Below are positions 48,034-58,975 of a stretch of 64,000 nucleotides of DNA, in pieces (the stretch's first letter is position 1; the number at the start of each line of letters is the position of its first letter). The translations under genes and the position numbers were made by a program. Origin of the DNA: an uncultured Nitrososphaerales archaeon (GTDB lineage Archaea > Thermoproteota > Nitrososphaeria > Nitrososphaerales > Nitrososphaeraceae); assembly GCA_963713605.1 (NCBI GenBank), contig CAVQMO010000010.1:1-64000 (forward strand), read 5' to 3'. Below the pieces are notes generated by a model that worked only from the letters and a program-made list of their open reading frames with translations, made no database searches and had not been told where the DNA came from.

Positions 48034-50508
48034 ATGAGTATGACTTATGCACCTTCTGATTTATCGACTATGGACAAGGATATCACAATCCAGCAAGGAA
48101 GAATCACTATGTTGCAATTCGCTCCGTAGATATGCTAATTGCAAAGACTTACGAATCAATCGTTGAGAGACTTAATAGCAGAATAAACAATATAAACAAT
48201 GTCCCATTCAATGACGTCGGTCCTTTCAACAATCCTTATGAATTTACGATTCAGCAGCTGGCTCCATTGGACCAAGAAGTAACTAAGGATTGGGAGGTGA
48301 TTACAAACGGAGGACCTAGTTCTGATGGTGGTAGTTTGAGTAAGCGAATTAAGGATGCTGAAACACATATTTTGACAGGATCAAAAGACTATATTTATAA
48401 TGCCCTCTTTTTCATGGAGACCATCGACGTATTCAAAATATACAAAATTTCACTTACTATTCAGAAAATGCTTTCACATGTAATACCAAATATAAGAAAG
48501 CTACATGATTTCAGGGTAGAGCCAGACACTATAGCACTCCAGCGTTCAAACAATTTATACGGAACAGAAAATCAAGCAGATAGCGAATCCTTAGAATACT
48601 TTGTAAGCTCGACTGAGCAACTCATTGCCGAGGCATTGGCAAACGCTAATCCCGGAATGTCAATAGGTGAACGTGTAATGGAGGTTATGATCGAACTTGT
48701 ACAACGCGCAGGATATTTGGTAAAAAATTATGTAGAAAAATTTGGATCTGAATCAGAAAATAATGTTCTCCAGGAACAAAGGGAAAAGAGAATAGCCAGG
48801 GTCTTATTTCCACCGCATGACCTAGATGATGACATTAATGAAGACGTGAGACATTATCTACTCTCAGTCCTTCTGGACGACTTAGGTTTTACGTTTCTTT
48901 ATGATTTATTCGACAGAGATCTTCCTCCTCTTGTTTTCGACGTAGAAGATTCGGAAATACTAAGTAGTCCAATTAGTTTATGGGGCCCAATTTTCGTGGA
49001 TAGCGATCCCGAGTTATTTGATATTCTGACTGGTCTAATACCAACAGTGCTCGATAGGTACAGACTTCCGCACCAATCATTATCTGAAGCTCAGCATGAC
49101 TTGTGGCCTGGGGCAGTTACAGTTATGGAAGATTTCCTCAAAAGGACTTTCTTGCGTAGCCGTACTGATGAAATAGAATACTTGGTTAACAATTCTTCAG
49201 CAGATCAATGTCTTTGGACTCTGAGAAATCTTAAGAGTACTTGTCGACAATGATACCGGGATTACAACTCCAGCCGGTCCAATGGATGCAGCTAGTATCT
49301 GGAAAGCAACAAACGATTCAACTTATCGCATTCCATTTAACTTTATGATGAATTGGCTCCTAAGCGAAGAAAAGGAACTAGGGGAGCCTTTTAGATATGC
49401 ATTAATTTTACTTACGAAATCAGATAAAGTCGCGATCTTTGGCAGCGAGGCAAATGTTAGACAGGATCGTACCTCCAGCAATGTTTCCAGGTTCTTTGGA
49501 ATCATCGCAGTTACTTCCGAAGGGAGGAACACTAATTGATCTAAACTATAATAGGGAACAAAAAAACAAACAAATTTTGCTGACACGGCTAGGACGGCCT
49601 AAAGGACTAGAGTCCGCTCTTTCAAAGGTGAGAATGCCATGAATGCCATGAATACTATGAATTCGTCAATCGATATACGTGTTCCTGGAAACAAGCGTCA
49701 TCCGATATGGCTTTACTATATAGAGAGAACGAATATAGTAAATGTTTTCAGAGCTATACTCCGATCATTTCTTATAACTGACATTGATATGAGTCTGACT
49801 CCAGTGGAGGATAAGCGCCTTTCGGATAAATTGTTAGAGACGGTAAACTATGTCTTCCCTACTGAACACTCTACGATAGCTCGTCAGTTTGGTCTAGAAC
49901 AATTGCGTTGGAATATTTACCAACGCGTTTTTGGATATGATGACCGAAGTAAGGCTTTTCCAAGATCACCTACTTCTAATAAAATATTTCACACACTCCA
50001 GGAATCAATTTTCCTGAATATCTCAAGGGCAATATGGACAAAAGAGAGTTACATTTCAAAAGATTGCTGACCCTGCTAGTCTTTCTGAAATGTTAACGAA
50101 TATGAGAGAGACATTGCTTGCTCAACAGATGAATACAGTCACCGACTCTGCGTTATATTGGGCCATTAGTTTCACGATGCTTCTACGTCTTCTTGATGAC
50201 CGAAAACTGATCAGAGAAAAACTAGGTGTGGCTGCTTAGGGAGAGATCAAATACTGATCGCTTTGGGGGCCAAATTTAAGGTTCAGGTACCACGTAATGT
50301 ACTCTACTATTTTGATCTTGCGGAGAGGATGGAGACTATGCTTTTGACAATAGAGACAACACATTGGGATATAGACAAAGCAGAAGCTTGGTATGCAAGC
50401 GAAAATTTCTGGAAACTTATTTTTAATGCGTATTATAGAGTTTGGGGAAAAGATTTCATGCAGATGGCTGTCCATTCCTTTCCAGCTGGGCAGACTATAA
50501 GACGTTAA
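48034..50508 (+). CDS. Large uncharacterised helical protein, third gene of the operon; several frameshifts
   Basis: Abutting ORFs 48132, 49282, 49439, 49639 and 50263; motifs WLYYIERT and LRWNIYQRVFG. Confidence 0.55.
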
Positions 50509-50606
50509 ATGAGTCAAATCATTTTATTTTTAAAGTCAAATCGGCGGACTTGGTCTAGAAGTTTACGTGTTTACACAAAAGAACAAAAAGGGTATAATAC
50601 TTGAAG

Positions 50607-52013
50607 TCAGCTAACTATTCCTGATCTACGTGCAAATCGATTAATGATTTCACTAATTAACTTAGTTCCTAGATACAGTAGCTCAATTTTTGCAAACTCA
50701 TTAAATGAATGAATGTTAGAAAAAATATCGGAACAACCTATTGCAACACATGGTGCCTTAGTTGATTGGACAAGAAGGCTCATAGGACCGCTTCCAGCTG
50801 ACGATAAATTTATTATCGGATTTGAGCCAAAAATTACACGCCCAGAACTTATGACGGTCTTTACAAAGGGATCTGTAAATTTGGTTCTTGAAGGTGCAAG
50901 CCCATGTACGAATTTTACTGAAATATCCGTAAATCCTGCTCTCGATAGGTGTGTTTTCAGCCTATTAAATTGTGATTTTGGAGTCATGTCAGGGACTAGA
51001 CGAAGGTCTATTACTGCTCTAGCCGTTGATGGCAAAACGGTTTTTGCACCTTTGCCTGAATAACCAGATACAATTCCAGAGATGTTGCATGTAGGTCTTT
51101 CTGCTAACATCCTCCTTGATTCATTTCTACGTAACCAAGGTGCAAGACGGGCAAGTCTATACTTTGTTTTGAATTCCATTTCATCAAACACTGGTTGGAT
51201 TGTTGTAAAACGAAGCTCATCTGCATCTAATGAGCGAAAATCACGATACCAATCCTTCACGGTTACGGTTCCCGTTTTTTCATCCCATATAGTGCTCAAG
51301 GCCTTAACAATAGTCCAAGCAGGATTGGAAACAATAGGAGCTAGACTTGAATGTATATCAGTTGAGGGACCGCATGCAGTCAATTCAACATAAAGAAGAC
51401 CCTTCATACCCAAATTTACAATAGGTCTAAGTTGAGTATCCACATATCCAAATTCCCAAATTATTCCATCACACTTCACCTTATGTCCAAGCATTTTAAG
51501 ATAGCTTCCTAAATGTGGACTACCGATCTCTTCTTCCCCTTCAACAATGAATTTTATATTACATGGTACATCTCCAGTCACTCGCACTATCGATTCCACA
51601 GCCTTTATGCGGGCCATCAGTTCACCTTTGTCATCAGCGGATCCTCGACCAAATATTTTGTTATCAATTATATCTCCACTGAAAGGATGTCGTTCCCACC
51701 GATCAAGTGGTTCTATTGGTTGGACATCATAATGATTATAGAATAAGATAGTCCTTCCGTTTGGACTAGATTTTGATGTTATTTCACCATATACCAGCGG
51801 AGGAGGCGATTCTATGTTATTTTTATTGAAGTATAACAATTCTGATTTTATATTCGCCTTGCGCATTATATCTCGAACTAATTTCGCACACTCCTCCAGT
51901 CTCTGATTCTTGACTGAAATACTAGGAATTTGAATCAAAGATTTTAGATCGAATATTAGAGCATCAATTTCTGGCTTGTGCAAATTCGAAATGGATCTCA
52001 TTTCTTTAGACAT
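50607..52013 (-). CDS. M20 family metallopeptidase/deacylase (ArgE/DapE-like)
   Basis: YNHYDVQP, GRGSADDKG, EGEEEIGS, HSFNE. Confidence 0.9.
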   Translation of the reverse strand: MSKEMRSISNLHKPEIDALIFDLKSLIQIPSISVKNQRLEECAKLVRDIMRKANIKSELLYFNKNNIESPPPLVYGEITSKSSPNGRTILFYNHYDVQPIEPLDRWERHPFSGDIIDNKIFGRGSADDKGELMARIKAVESIVRVTGDVPCNIKFIVEGEEEIGSPHLGSYLKMLGHKVKCDGIIWEFGYVDTQLRPIVNLGMKGLLYVELTACGPSTDIHSSLAPIVSNPAWTIVKALSTIWDEKTGTVTVKDWYRDFRSLDADELRFTTIQPVFDEMEFKTKYRLARLAPWLRRNESRRMLAERPTCNISGIVSGYSGKGAKTVLPSTARAVIDLRLVPDMTPKSQFNRLKTHLSRAGFTDISVKFVHGLAPSRTKFTDPFVKTVISSGRVIFGSNPIINLSSAGSGPMSLLVQSTKAPCVAIGCSDIFSNIHSFNEFAKIELLYLGTKLISEIINRFARRSGIVS

Positions 52014-52519
52014 ACAACGATCATCAACTGGGGTATCTTCTTAATAGATTCCAATTAACCATTTGCTATCATGATGAATAATCTATATTTTTTAATGTTA
52101 TTTTAGCAAGATATTCTATCCACATCATTAGAAGAGCAAAGAAGGCTATGCCGATAAGTCACATTATAACATAGAAGGGAATTCTAAATGCTATTGCAAA
52201 ACTACTCTCGGATCTCGCTTGTATGAAATCCTCATCCTGCGATTCATATAAATCTTAGGAACCTCAATTAACATTCAATCAAAATATTTTTTGAAGTTAA
52301 GATCCAGTTTATATCAGATAGCACTAATTTTTATTCGATCTTAAATAATTCTAAATTAAGATTAGATTCTGAACAACAGGATAGATGCCTTTGACAGATT
52401 CGAGAATAAATTACAATTACTATTGAAAGAATCATTACATTGTTATACGAACTCCTTCAAATTGTATAGTAATTATCCTGGAAAAATCAGGTGAAATAGT
52501 CTAAATTGAAGTGGTGGTC

Positions 52520-53020
52520 TTAACATTTGCGCGCCCGGTCAGGAATGCTGTCCCGACGGTAAGTGTGCTGCACCCGGTCAATGTTGTGGCGTTGGTTCGT
52601 GTCCCCATCTTACTTTTGTTGTAAGGATCAGAACTGTTGTTCTCCAGGTGACACATGTTGTAATGACGGGACATGCTCAAAACCAGGTGAGCCCTGTTGC
52701 GGTTTTGGCAACTGTCTATCAGGGCAGAAATGTTGTCCTGATGGGAAATGTGTTGATCCGGGTGATTGTTGCAGCGACTCAGATTGTCCATCAGGTAAGC
52801 AGTGCTGTGACGGTAAATATATTCCTGCGAGTGCGTGTTGCTATGATTTTGATTGTTCACCAGGTACGCACTGCTGTAATGGTAAATGTGATGATGTTGC
52901 AGAAACGCACATTGTTCAACAGGTAAGAAATGTTGTAATGTTAAACACAACATAGCACAGCTGGTAACTCTAAACATAACATGGTCCTTAGACAATAGGG
53001 GATATTTTTATAGCTGATTA
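52520..53020 (+). CDS. Cysteine-rich repeat protein; frameshifted, boundaries uncertain
   Basis: Repeated CC-x-x-G-x-C and CPSGKQCC units. Confidence 0.55.
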
Positions 53021-53039
53021 ATGACTAGAAGTTACTAAA

Positions 53040-53957
53040 ATGAGCAATAATCAAGGATCCTTTGAGGCCGAATTCAAACTAGATCCACGTCCACCGAGTG
53101 AAGGTGGACTTACCGATGAGCATTGTAAGGCAAAACTTAAACAGATACAAGATATAGGGAGGCATCGACATGAACAAGTTCGTATAGAATTCCCTACGAT
53201 AAATGATGGGAATACTAGCGCAATTTATACAGTAACTGTATTTCACGCTGATGCAGGTAGTGTAATTCTAGGGCACAAAATTCCAAACTTGAGCTGCAGA
53301 CTCACTGAGAACAAATGCATAGGCGTGGTGAAAGCTCAAATCATGCTTGAAGGTCTTGATGATGATAAGGCAGAGGAACTCGGTGAACTTGTTGAACATT
53401 TATGTCACGAAGGGCAAAATCGTAAACTCGTTGTTATTGCACCGCACGGGGGCGAAATTGAACCGTGGACTGATAAGCAGGCAAAATACGTCGGGAATCA
53501 TCTACCACATGATCGCGCATCTGTATGGTTATGTAAGGGTTTTAGTAACCCAAATCTCTCCGATGCACACGAGCGTTGGCATATCACTTCAACAGAAATT
53601 AGCGAGATATCGTTCCCTAAGCTTGGGACGATTTTTGAACCGAAGTTTGAATATGCAATTGCCTTTCATGGTTGGACTCAAGATTCCATTTGTGTCGGAG
53701 GAAACGCCGAAAGTGCGGATGCTGGTTTAATAGGGGAAATTAAGGATGCAATCAAGCAAAAGCTACAGGGTACAAATATTGACGTCGAGGATACCGCTTG
53801 TCCTGGAGGGTTTAATGGTGATGACCCATGCAATATCGTAAACCGCCTAGGAATAAAGGGTATACAAATTGAGCAATGCAAGAAAGCTCGTCGAGATCAC
53901 CATGATAAAATTGCACAGGCAGTTGTTGATGTTATCGGCTCCCGAATCAATGTCTGA
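53040..53957 (+). CDS. Poly-gamma-glutamate hydrolase family protein (PghP/YmaC-like)
   Basis: IAPHGGEIEPWT, WHITS, AFHG, NIVNR and IQIEQ motifs. Confidence 0.8.
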   Translation: MSNNQGSFEAEFKLDPRPPSEGGLTDEHCKAKLKQIQDIGRHRHEQVRIEFPTINDGNTSAIYTVTVFHADAGSVILGHKIPNLSCRLTENKCIGVVKAQIMLEGLDDDKAEELGELVEHLCHEGQNRKLVVIAPHGGEIEPWTDKQAKYVGNHLPHDRASVWLCKGFSNPNLSDAHERWHITSTEISEISFPKLGTIFEPKFEYAIAFHGWTQDSICVGGNAESADAGLIGEIKDAIKQKLQGTNIDVEDTACPGGFNGDDPCNIVNRLGIKGIQIEQCKKARRDHHDKIAQAVVDVIGSRINV

Positions 53958-54391
53958 ATGCATTGCAATGGCCTTTGGGACTTCGTTCAATAAAATATAG
54001 CAGAGTTTCAATTACTCGTTACCTACCTTCACTACTGAGCTGTAAGAATATAAGAAAAAGCTACTGAAAGATAGACACCTTCAATCCAGACAGTAGCAAA
54101 CCTGACAGCGGTCGGCTCATCCGGTCCTGACTCTTATATTGTAAATATACAAGGATTCTGGGATAGAGTGACGAAAAATTGTGTTTCTTCAAGAAAAGTT
54201 AAATTTGATAAACCTAGAGCCTTCATGTAATACCATAGATAATGCTACAGGTAAGATATGTCACTCCAATCTGGACATTTAGGCTCCATATGTACGCAGT
54301 AAGAGGGTCAAGAGATGATGGACTGGTCCATGCTACGTCTTCAGATATTGAAAAATACAAGTTACCCTCCTAATACGAGTAAGTTGAAAGG

Positions 54392-55368
54392 TTGAGCACA
54401 GAAGTGGAAAGGCTGCGATGGAGAAGGAATACAGTATTAGAATTATCTAGCGAAGGCCGTAACCAACCACAGATTGCTTCTATACTAAAAGTTAGCCTAG
54501 GTACGGTAAATAGAGATTTACAGCACTTGAAGAGGTTGGCGAAGGCAAACATATCAAAATACATTAACGAGACACTGCGACTGGAATACGAAACTTGTCT
54601 AATCGGACTAAATGCAATATTAGCAAAGACTTGGGATATTGCTAATAATCCACACTCAAATGAACGGGATAGATTACAAGCAATTTCTGTTAGCATGCAA
54701 GCATATTCAATACAAGCATGATGATAGGGAGGAGTATGGGAATAGATGTTGTATGGGGAGATACGTCAAAGTTTGTATTGTTATTACTCAATATAGAAAC
54801 AACAAGGTAGAGGTCTTCTATGCAGAGAGCTTTGACAAGCCACAAATGAATAAGATAATAAATCATATACTACAACAGAAACAGAAACACCAGATAACGA
54901 AGCTGTACGTAGATGGTGCAAATCCTGAAGTCATCAGAGAAATAAAGAGTAGAATAGATGAGTACGAGAACTATCATTACTACACGGAAGAGCAGACTCT
55001 GGCTAATGCGTACAGGTGACATGCAGATCAGACCTGTCAACTTCCAGAAGAGACACAGGGAAATGCTACAGTGGACTTATACGTTGATGTCGAAGAGATT
55101 TATGAAGATCCATTCAACATTACAGAAGCTGATAGTATCTCTTCGGACAGCAGTTATATCAGATGAATGGAGACTAGATAAAGAAAAGACATCTCATAAT
55201 GATATACTCGATTCCTTTAGACTGGCATTATGCAACTTTGAACCACCAAAGAATGCATTATCTCAATCAACACAATTTTTAGAGTCTGAATATCCAGACG
55301 GTGGAGCAGAGGAGATGAATATGCAAAATATGACCCCCAGAAGAAAGAATGAAGACACAGAGTTTTGA
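54392..55368 (+). pseudogene. Second HTH plus terminase-like copy with the ATPase domain deleted
   Basis: HTH closely similar to 11326..11789 fused near 54710 to SMMIGRSMGIDVVWGDTSKF...HNDILDSFRLALCN. Confidence 0.75.
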
Positions 55369-56436
55369 TATTCAAAGAAAAATTGGAAGAATATCACTGA
55401 ACAAAGTTGATATTTCTTAGCATAGTTCGTTTATATTAAAAATTTAGCATAGTTGATATTTCTTATCGAACCTGACTCTTCCGGGTCCTGTCAACGTATT
55501 TTTTGCCACTTCAGTAATTGCTCCCAGTATCTCCCTTTTTCTTTCGGAGATTTGATTTGCTAATATTGTTTGAACAGGACCGGTAACGATGCGAAGGATC
55601 TCCTGCAGTTTGCAGAATCAAGTTATAGTAATCTGTTGATGAGTTATGCGGAGATTTTTGTATATTCTAAATAAAGTGTACCTAAAACTCGTGTCAACTA
55701 GGATATTGGTATCTCTAATCTAATTGATACTGTCGTGGAGCAGTAGTTGACAGATACTTTTCTCGATCCTAGTAGGTTGAACAAATGAAAGCTAGCTCTT
55801 GCCAAGAAAATAGAAAAGTTCTTCCCCAGATGGTGCCTTAGTATCATTAAAATATCATTATCCGTAAAGCGCACATCTCTTGATCTTCTCTGATTTCACA
55901 GCATCATCCTTAAAATAGTAAAAATATTTGATAATCATTATCACACCGTCAGGATTACGACTCAAAATCATTTTTGATCCACCATTATATACCTGGTCTA
56001 TTGACTCAAGAGGTTTTATTAATCTCAACTGTGTGAGTAAACGAATCCATGAATAATGATGAACGAGATTTTGAATGGGGTGAAGTGATAACCAAACCTG
56101 TCTATACAAGCGACAACAAACATGTGGGTCACGTAGATGGACTAGAAGCTGGTCACTGTGCTACATCTTTGAGAATGTCAAAGGAATCTTCCAACATTTG
56201 AGCACTATCAAATTTTATATTTGGTTTGATCATTTCTATTAGTTCTGGAATTTTTTCACTGGAATTAATAATGGCTAATAATCTAACACCGCTATCGAAA
56301 ATCAAAAATGCTGTTTTGTAGCCCTAAATCATATGGAATATATGTTTTAGATTCTTATAAATCCAAATTGTATAATGTCTCTGGTACCGTTTCCTCTTTG
56401 TTACCATTTTGAACTAATAACTGAATGTTATTACTG

Positions 56437-57684
56437 TCATCTCTCTAGATTTTGCATTCTCGCTGTCAAAGCCATTAATTGGTCGGAAAGATGTGCTATG
56501 GCATCATCCTTCATCTTGTCCCTTTCTCTAAATGACTGGTTTAGTTCTTCTAGTTCTTCTATTTTGCTTTGAATATCTGCACCCTGTCTCTCTAGCTGAT
56601 GCACATTTAGAAACGTAAGATATGGTTCTATCTTTCTGAATATCTCTACCTTCTCAGAATCTTTCTTTCTCCAATATGTTGAACCCGAATGTCCTATAAA
56701 ATATTCAGAAAAATCAAAATAACCAAGATCGGATATTGTTGTCTTTACAAACCTTCTGAACGAATGAAGAGTTATTTGTCTTCTATTTTGATTGCTATCT
56801 TCTCTTTCTCCTCTACCCATTCTGTCAAGTGTTTTGGCGAAGGCTTTTGCAATGTCATCATAGATGCCATCAGGATTTGGCATTCTCTTGGTTTGGTAAA
56901 CTGCAAATACAAGATCGGTCTCTTCTCTAGAAGGCGTTCTATATTCTGTGATTGTACTTCCGTCTTTGTTATGACAAACCCTTCTTTTTCTATATTTGTA
57001 GCTTAGCCAGGACTTTAGCTGTTGTGTTACCTCATCGGTAAGAAATACAATTCTATCTGCTCTAGTTTTAGTAAATTCTCCTCGCACAAAAACATGGGCT
57101 GGTTTCGAATCTAAATCCAAATCTTTAACTCGAACAGATAATGCTTCTACTGCTCTGAATCCACCAGCCGCTAAAAACATAACATATGTCTTCAAGCGTA
57201 TATCTGAACATGCGTTTAGAATATCAATGATATCTTCCTTTGATAATGCTTCCTTATTCTTCCTAACTATTTTTGGCAATCTTACCTTTAGTTTGAATTT
57301 TCTAGGACTAATATCAATGTCTGAATATTCTAAAAAGTTCTTGATAGTAATAACATGGTTCTTTAATGAATTTGGGGCAATAGTATTGTTACTTTCTTGC
57401 TTTAGGAATAGTATGTATCCAGTAAGGAGATCGTAAGGATCTATCTTTGTCTTCTTGATTTCTGTGACAATATTTTGGATTCCAAGACCGTATCTATCAT
57501 TAGTATATTTGCCGAATTTCTTCAATCTTTCATTGTCCTTTTGAGCAGTTGATTCATTTACTACTGCTACATTAGTCAGATATCTGGATACTACAGAGTC
57601 GTCATTCTTCGAGAGCACTCGCTTGTTGGTATGAGGAGTTACTACAATAGATTCAGTTGAACCTGTTCCAGCGCTAGCTTTCAA
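56437..57684 (-). CDS. Tyrosine recombinase/integrase (int3), intact
   Basis: GGFRAVE (R), FTKT (K), LHSFRRF, IGHSGSTY; starts about 65 bp from the right direct repeat. Confidence 0.9.
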   Translation of the reverse strand: MKASAGTGSTESIVVTPHTNKRVLSKNDDSVVSRYLTNVAVVNESTAQKDNERLKKFGKYTNDRYGLGIQNIVTEIKKTKIDPYDLLTGYILFLKQESNNTIAPNSLKNHVITIKNFLEYSDIDISPRKFKLKVRLPKIVRKNKEALSKEDIIDILNACSDIRLKTYVMFLAAGGFRAVEALSVRVKDLDLDSKPAHVFVRGEFTKTRADRIVFLTDEVTQQLKSWLSYKYRKRRVCHNKDGSTITEYRTPSREETDLVFAVYQTKRMPNPDGIYDDIAKAFAKTLDRMGRGEREDSNQNRRQITLHSFRRFVKTTISDLGYFDFSEYFIGHSGSTYWRKKDSEKVEIFRKIEPYLTFLNVHQLERQGADIQSKIEELEELNQSFRERDKMKDDAIAHLSDQLMALTARMQNLER

Positions 57685-57721
57685 TTAGTGCTAATATTCT
57701 TATTGATATTATTAAGCATTT

Positions 57722-57759
57722 TGTATTCGACGCTTTTAATGCACTCCTAATCCTTACAT
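57722..57759 (+). repeat. Right junction (attR-like): inverted-repeat arm plus 11-bp core
   Basis: tgtattcgacgcttttaatgcact-cct-aatccttacat. Confidence 0.8.
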
Positions 57760-58174
57760 AAGAAGACACTCAGCATTGACAGAGAAATCCTCCTTTCTAA
57801 AGGAACATATTTTAAGGCAACATGCAGGCTGGTCGCCCAGATCTCAGATGCATCTAAAGTATTTACATTATTTCGGTAATGAATCATCAGAATCAATACT
57901 TCAAGAATATGGGATACTACCAAAAAATAATCGAGAAACAGACCTTCTAAAGCCTAAGCAATGCCCTAATTGTAATGAGCCGAACAAACCAGATTCAAAA
58001 TTCTGTGCCAAATGTAGGATGGTTCTAACTTATGATGCCTACAATGAAACGATTGAAGATAGGCAAACGAAGGATAAACAGATAGAATCCTTAGTTAAAA
58101 ATCAAGAAAAATTTGAACAGCTGATCCAATCACTTATCGATTCCGGGCAATTGAAGCCTTTGAAGAACCAATAA
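57749..58174 (+). pseudogene. Tyrosine integrase int2, C-terminal part with Zn ribbon
   Basis: NPYIRRHSALTEK...HAGW...KYLHY...CPNC...CAKC; begins exactly at the direct repeat. Confidence 0.85.
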
Positions 58175-58603
58175 TCCTAGTTCGTTAGATTTGGGAAAGC
58201 TATAGGTTCAACGAAGATGTCCTCTGGTCAGATAATATAATGGCAGTATACAGTACGAGATTTTGCTGGGATCAATTCAATATTCACGATAGTTCTAGAG
58301 TAATATAGTATGAGAAAGAGGATCTAGGCTGAACGTAATATTAGGTGTATATATCACATGTTGAAGAAACCTCCATCAGATTAAATTTTATCATCTTAGT
58401 ATCATATCTACACACTTACACCAAATAGACGTTAATTGGATATGACTGCAATTATGCTGAAATGTTTAGTGTTAAAAATCGGATTTATCCAGTTTAATGG
58501 ATATAATGACATCGCTTAGTGTCTTGCTCGAGTGTTAGTTCATATGCAAATATTAGATGCCTAAAATATTTTTTATTTTTATTAAATTGCTATAAATGCT
58601 GGT

Positions 58604-58756
58604 ATGAATGAATTGAACATTCGGCATACCATTACAATTGATGACAAAACATATCAGAAGTTAAAAAGTAAGGGAAACTTTGGCGAGACCTACTCCAAAC
58701 TGATCTCTAGAATTATCAAAGACAACGATGGCTACCATGAATTAGCAGAGGGATGA
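58604..58756 (+). CDS. Ribbon-helix-helix DNA-binding protein (50 aa, below the ORF-track cutoff)
   Basis: RHTITIDDKTYQKLKSKGNFGETYSKLISRII. Confidence 0.7.
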   Translation: MNELNIRHTITIDDKTYQKLKSKGNFGETYSKLISRIIKDNDGYHELAEG

Positions 58757-58759
58757 TAC

Positions 58760-58975
58760 ATGAATTATACTATTGATTTTCTCTCTAGAGAATGCAAGGC
58801 CGGAGATCACAATCGTTGTGTCGGCAGATGGGCTGGTCTTAGTATTGAAGTGATATGCAACTGCAATTGCAGGCACAGTTGGAAAGAAAAAGAATTAGGT
58901 GCAGAGATTCTTGGGGCACTCGCACCTAATAGTGACACATCGCTATTGGAGGAAATCCAACATGAAAGTCAATAA
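58760..58975 (+). CDS. Small Cys/His-rich MGE protein
   Basis: ECKAGDHNRC...ICNCNCRH, in operon with the RHH gene. Confidence 0.5.
   Translation: MNYTIDFLSRECKAGDHNRCVGRWAGLSIEVICNCNCRHSWKEKELGAEILGALAPNSDTSLLEEIQHESQ

Larger units (their letters stand above)
21581..57759. mobile_element. ~36 kb integrative element inserted into the int2 gene
   Basis: Direct repeat AATCCTTACAT at 21581-21591 and 57749-57759; inner inverted repeats 21596-21619 and 57722-57745 (20/24 match); own integrase 56437..57684 at the right end. Confidence 0.8.

Noticed and set aside
20652..58174. SSV1-type self-splitting integrase at a tRNA gene
   Set aside because: Fragment order is N then C around the interval, and no tRNA-like sequence is visible at either junction.
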